Assembly (NCBI GenBank): GCA_963628785.1
Contig: CAVGGQ010000047.1
Span: 1 to 16,192, forward strand
From: Oscillospiraceae bacterium
GTDB lineage: Bacteria; Bacillota; Clostridia; Oscillospirales; Oscillospiraceae
Length of the DNA stretch: 16,192 nt
Direction: 5' to 3'
This document shows positions 14,078 to 16,192 of the stretch, one piece after another. The notes beneath the pieces were generated by a model. It made no database searches. It was not told the DNA's origin and was given only the letters and a program-made list of their open reading frames with translations. Position 1 is the first letter of the stretch, and each line of letters opens with the position of its first letter. A program made the position numbers and the translations under genes.

Positions 14078-14080
14078 GCC
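14072..14080. repeat. Right copy of the 9-bp direct repeat TTGCAAGCC
   Basis: Identical to 12731-12739. It supplies the -35 hexamer of the ATPase promoter. Confidence 0.6.
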
Positions 14081-14125
14081 CTGTATCCGGAAAAAGCCGC
14101 TGCTTTGCCGCTTTGGGGGAGAGAA

Positions 14126-14154
14126 CCCCCGAAAGGCCGTGGGGCATTCGGGGG
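14126..14154 (-). terminator. Hairpin after the histidine kinase gene (weak terminator candidate)
   Basis: 8-bp stem CCCCCGAA (14126-14133) / TTCGGGGG (14147-14154) with a 13-nt loop, about 15 nt past the kinase stop (14169-14171). On the minus strand it is followed only by TTCTCT, so it is not a classical U-tract terminator. Confidence 0.35.
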
Positions 14155-14168
14155 GGAAAAAGGGCGGA

Positions 14169-15524
14169 TCAGGCTTTTTCACCGTCGAGGGGGAAGGTCA
14201 CGGTGAAGGTGGATCCCTTGCCGGGCTCGCTGTCCGCGGCGACGGAGGCGTGGGAGATGATGGCGGCGTGCTTCACGATGGAGAGGCCGAGACCGGTGCC
14301 GCCGACGGCTTTGGAGCGGCTCTTGTCTACGCGGTAGAAGCGCTCGAAGATGCGGCCGAGGCTTTCCTTCGGGATGCCGCAGCCGGTGTCGCGCACCGTG
14401 AGCGTCACGGCACTCTCACCGGGCTCGATGGACACATCCACGGTGCCGCCGGCGCGGTTATATTTGATCGCGTTGTCGCAGAGATTGTAGACGATGCTGT
14501 GCAGGAGCTGCGGCACACCGCGCATGGGGGCGTTCGCGCCCTTGAGCGATACCGTGACATTCGCGCCGGACGCCTGGCTTTCGAGACTCTCGACGGCGTT
14601 CTCGGCGATGTGGTAGAGGTCGCAGTCCTCGAAAAAGTAGTCGGTGCCGCCGTTATCCAACTTCGTGAGGTCGATTATGTCCTCGACGAGCTTTGTCATG
14701 CGAGCCGATTCGCGGCGGATCTTGCCGGCGAAGGGCTTGACATCCTCGGGCTTGGCGATGCCGTTTTCCAGAAGCTCGGCGTAGCCGGAGATGGCGTGGA
14801 GCGGGGTCTTGAGCTCGTGGGACACGTTGGCGGTAAACTCCTGACGGATGAGAGAGGCACGCTCGATCTCCGCTTTGTCGCGGTGGAGCTGAGCCTGCTG
14901 CGCGGCAATGCGCCGGAGCAGCGGCTCGACCTCGCGGTACTCGTCCTTCTCGTAATACTGTTTCGGATTGTCCGGATCGATGGCATTGATGGGGCCGACG
15001 ATCTTCTTCGTAAGACGGGAGGCGAGCAGGAAGGAAAGGGCAAGGGCGATGAGCGCCACAAGGCAGATGGGCTGCGCAAAGGCGAGCACGAGCGACCAGA
15101 GGGCGAGCTGCACGACCGAGAGACGCAGTACGCTGCCGTCCGGCAGACGCTCCGCGGCGTAGAGCTGGCGGTCGGCGAGTGTCGGGGAGTAGCGGCGCGC
15201 CTCGCCCGTACCAGTCTCAAGCGCTTCGGCAACCTCTTCGCGGTCCAGATGGTTCTCCATTTTGGAGGCGTCGGCCTGGTTGTCGTAGAGCACGGTGCCG
15301 TCCGCCGCGATCCATGTTATGCGGCAGTCGGGGTCATCGAGGCTCTCGAGGTATTCCTCGCCCGAGAGCGCGACGCCCTGCGCGGCAAGAGCGGTCTCCT
15401 CGTGTAGCTGCTTCATCTGCACACCGGAGAAATAGTTGTACGAAACGCCCATGATGAAGAGGAGAGACGCGATGAATACGACGAGCGCCGCGCTCCAGAT
15501 GGCGGTAAAGATCTTTCGGCCCAT
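14169..15524 (-). CDS. Sensor histidine kinase, PhoR-like (two TM helices flanking an extracytoplasmic sensor domain)
   Basis: 451 aa. H-box FTANVSHELKTPL, N-box CDNAIKYN, G1 VRDTGCGI and G2 GGTGLGLSIVKH. TM helices lie near residues 6-25 and 150-175. The sensor segment ENHLDREEVAEALETGTGEARRYSPTL resembles the NH..RPEV..AL..G.G...R.S.T motif I associate with PhoR-type kinases. The start overlaps the regulator stop (TAATG at 15522-15526). Confidence 0.85.
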   Translation of the reverse strand: MGRKIFTAIWSAALVVFIASLLFIMGVSYNYFSGVQMKQLHEETALAAQGVALSGEEYLESLDDPDCRITWIAADGTVLYDNQADASKMENHLDREEVAEALETGTGEARRYSPTLADRQLYAAERLPDGSVLRLSVVQLALWSLVLAFAQPICLVALIALALSFLLASRLTKKIVGPINAIDPDNPKQYYEKDEYREVEPLLRRIAAQQAQLHRDKAEIERASLIRQEFTANVSHELKTPLHAISGYAELLENGIAKPEDVKPFAGKIRRESARMTKLVEDIIDLTKLDNGGTDYFFEDCDLYHIAENAVESLESQASGANVTVSLKGANAPMRGVPQLLHSIVYNLCDNAIKYNRAGGTVDVSIEPGESAVTLTVRDTGCGIPKESLGRIFERFYRVDKSRSKAVGGTGLGLSIVKHAAIISHASVAADSEPGKGSTFTVTFPLDGEKA

Positions 15525-16192
15525 TATGCTTCCTCCATTTTATAGCCGACGCCGCGCACCGTTTCAATGAGTGAGCCGCATTCGGCCAGCTTTGTGCGCA
15601 GCGTGCCGACATGTACATCGACCGTTCGCGTCTCTCCGGTGAAATCCACGCCCCACACGCGTGAGAGCAGCGCCTCGCGGGAGAAGACCTGACCCGGATT
15701 TTCCATAAGCAGCTTCAAAAGCTCGAATTCCTTGAGCGTGAGTGTCACGGCCCGGCCGTCGACCGTCACGGTGTGACGGCTCTCGTCGAGCTTGAGAGCG
15801 CCGCAGGTGAGGATCTTCGTCGTACGCGGCGAGGTGCGGCGCAGCAACGCACGGATGCGCGAGACCATTTCCATCATGCCGAACGGTTTGGCGAGGTAAT
15901 CGTCCGCGCCGCTATCCAGGCCGATGACCTTGTCGCACTCGCTGCCGCGGGCCGTCGCGAGAATGACGGGAATGTTCGCCGTCAGCGGCGAGAGGCGCAG
16001 CTTTTTGAGGATCTCGATGCCGTCCTCGCCGGGGAGCATGATGTCCAGCAGCACAAGCTCGGGCGTGCGGGTGCACATGGCCTCCCGGAAGCCCTTGATG
16101 TCGCCGAAGCCCTGCGCCTCAAACCCCGAGGCGCGAAGCGTGTAAAGCACCAGATCACGGATGCTCGAATCGTCTTCCACACAGTATATCAT
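15524..16192 (-). CDS. OmpR/PhoB-family response regulator
   Basis: 222 aa. The receiver domain has VEDD, the LLDIMLPGEDG phospho-acceptor region and KPF. The C-terminal winged-helix reads LTLKEFELLKLLMENPGQVFSREALLSRVWG...TRTVDVHVGTLRTKL...IETVRGVGYKM. The ATG is the last three bases of the window (16190-16192), so the CDS looks complete but its promoter is outside the window. Confidence 0.9.
   Translation of the reverse strand: MIYCVEDDSSIRDLVLYTLRASGFEAQGFGDIKGFREAMCTRTPELVLLDIMLPGEDGIEILKKLRLSPLTANIPVILATARGSECDKVIGLDSGADDYLAKPFGMMEMVSRIRALLRRTSPRTTKILTCGALKLDESRHTVTVDGRAVTLTLKEFELLKLLMENPGQVFSREALLSRVWGVDFTGETRTVDVHVGTLRTKLAECGSLIETVRGVGYKMEEA

Noticed and set aside
14061-15407. 448-aa plus-strand ORF
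   Set aside because: It lies antisense to the histidine kinase, which has complete H, N, G1 and G2 boxes. It is a Gly/Ala/Val/Asp-rich shadow ORF.
1-16192. Scan for CRISPR arrays, tRNA/rRNA genes, IS transposases, integrases and long terminal inverted repeats
   Set aside because: I saw no spaced direct-repeat array, no cloverleaf-like or rRNA-like segments, and no transposase or recombinase motifs in any frame. The only repeats are the 27-nt in-frame duplication and short 9-bp repeats reported above.

Overview
High-GC, densely coding chromosomal window, probably Firmicutes/Clostridia (AGGAGG-type ribosome binding sites, mfd followed by a prsA-like gene, Feo accessory genes). All calls rest on by-eye motif recognition, since no searches were possible. 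Gene order, left to right: a short divergent PsuG/IndA-like gene (-); a membrane PDZ protein (+); mfd (+); a secreted parvulin/PrsA-like isomerase with a C-terminal anchor (+); a minus-strand iron-uptake operon (feoA, feoA, feoB, FeoB-associated Cys-rich peptide, HMA metallochaperone-like protein); its divergently transcribed DtxR-family regulator (+); a 3' remnant of pstB (-); a HAD-IIA/NagD-like hydrolase (-); an AAA_14/DUF4143 ATPase with a PD-(D/E)xK-like C-terminus (-); and an overlapping OmpR-family response regulator plus PhoR-like histidine kinase (-). Five predicted sigma-A-type promoters share the -35 hexamer TTGCAA, four of them with a 17-nt spacer. I found no CRISPR array, tRNA/rRNA, transposase or integrase, and no clear multi-gene novel system. 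The best candidates for follow-up are: (1) the self-contained AAA_14/DUF4143 ATPase-nuclease cassette, which has its own promoter and palindrome, is bracketed by a 9-bp direct repeat, and lies in a locus where a pst operon appears to have decayed; (2) the Cys-rich peptide and HMA protein translationally coupled to a FeoB that carries a highly acidic loop insertion; (3) a twice-repeated GTTA-N8-TAAC dyad in the feo promoter. Many long ORFs in the track are antisense artefacts of high GC and are rejected.
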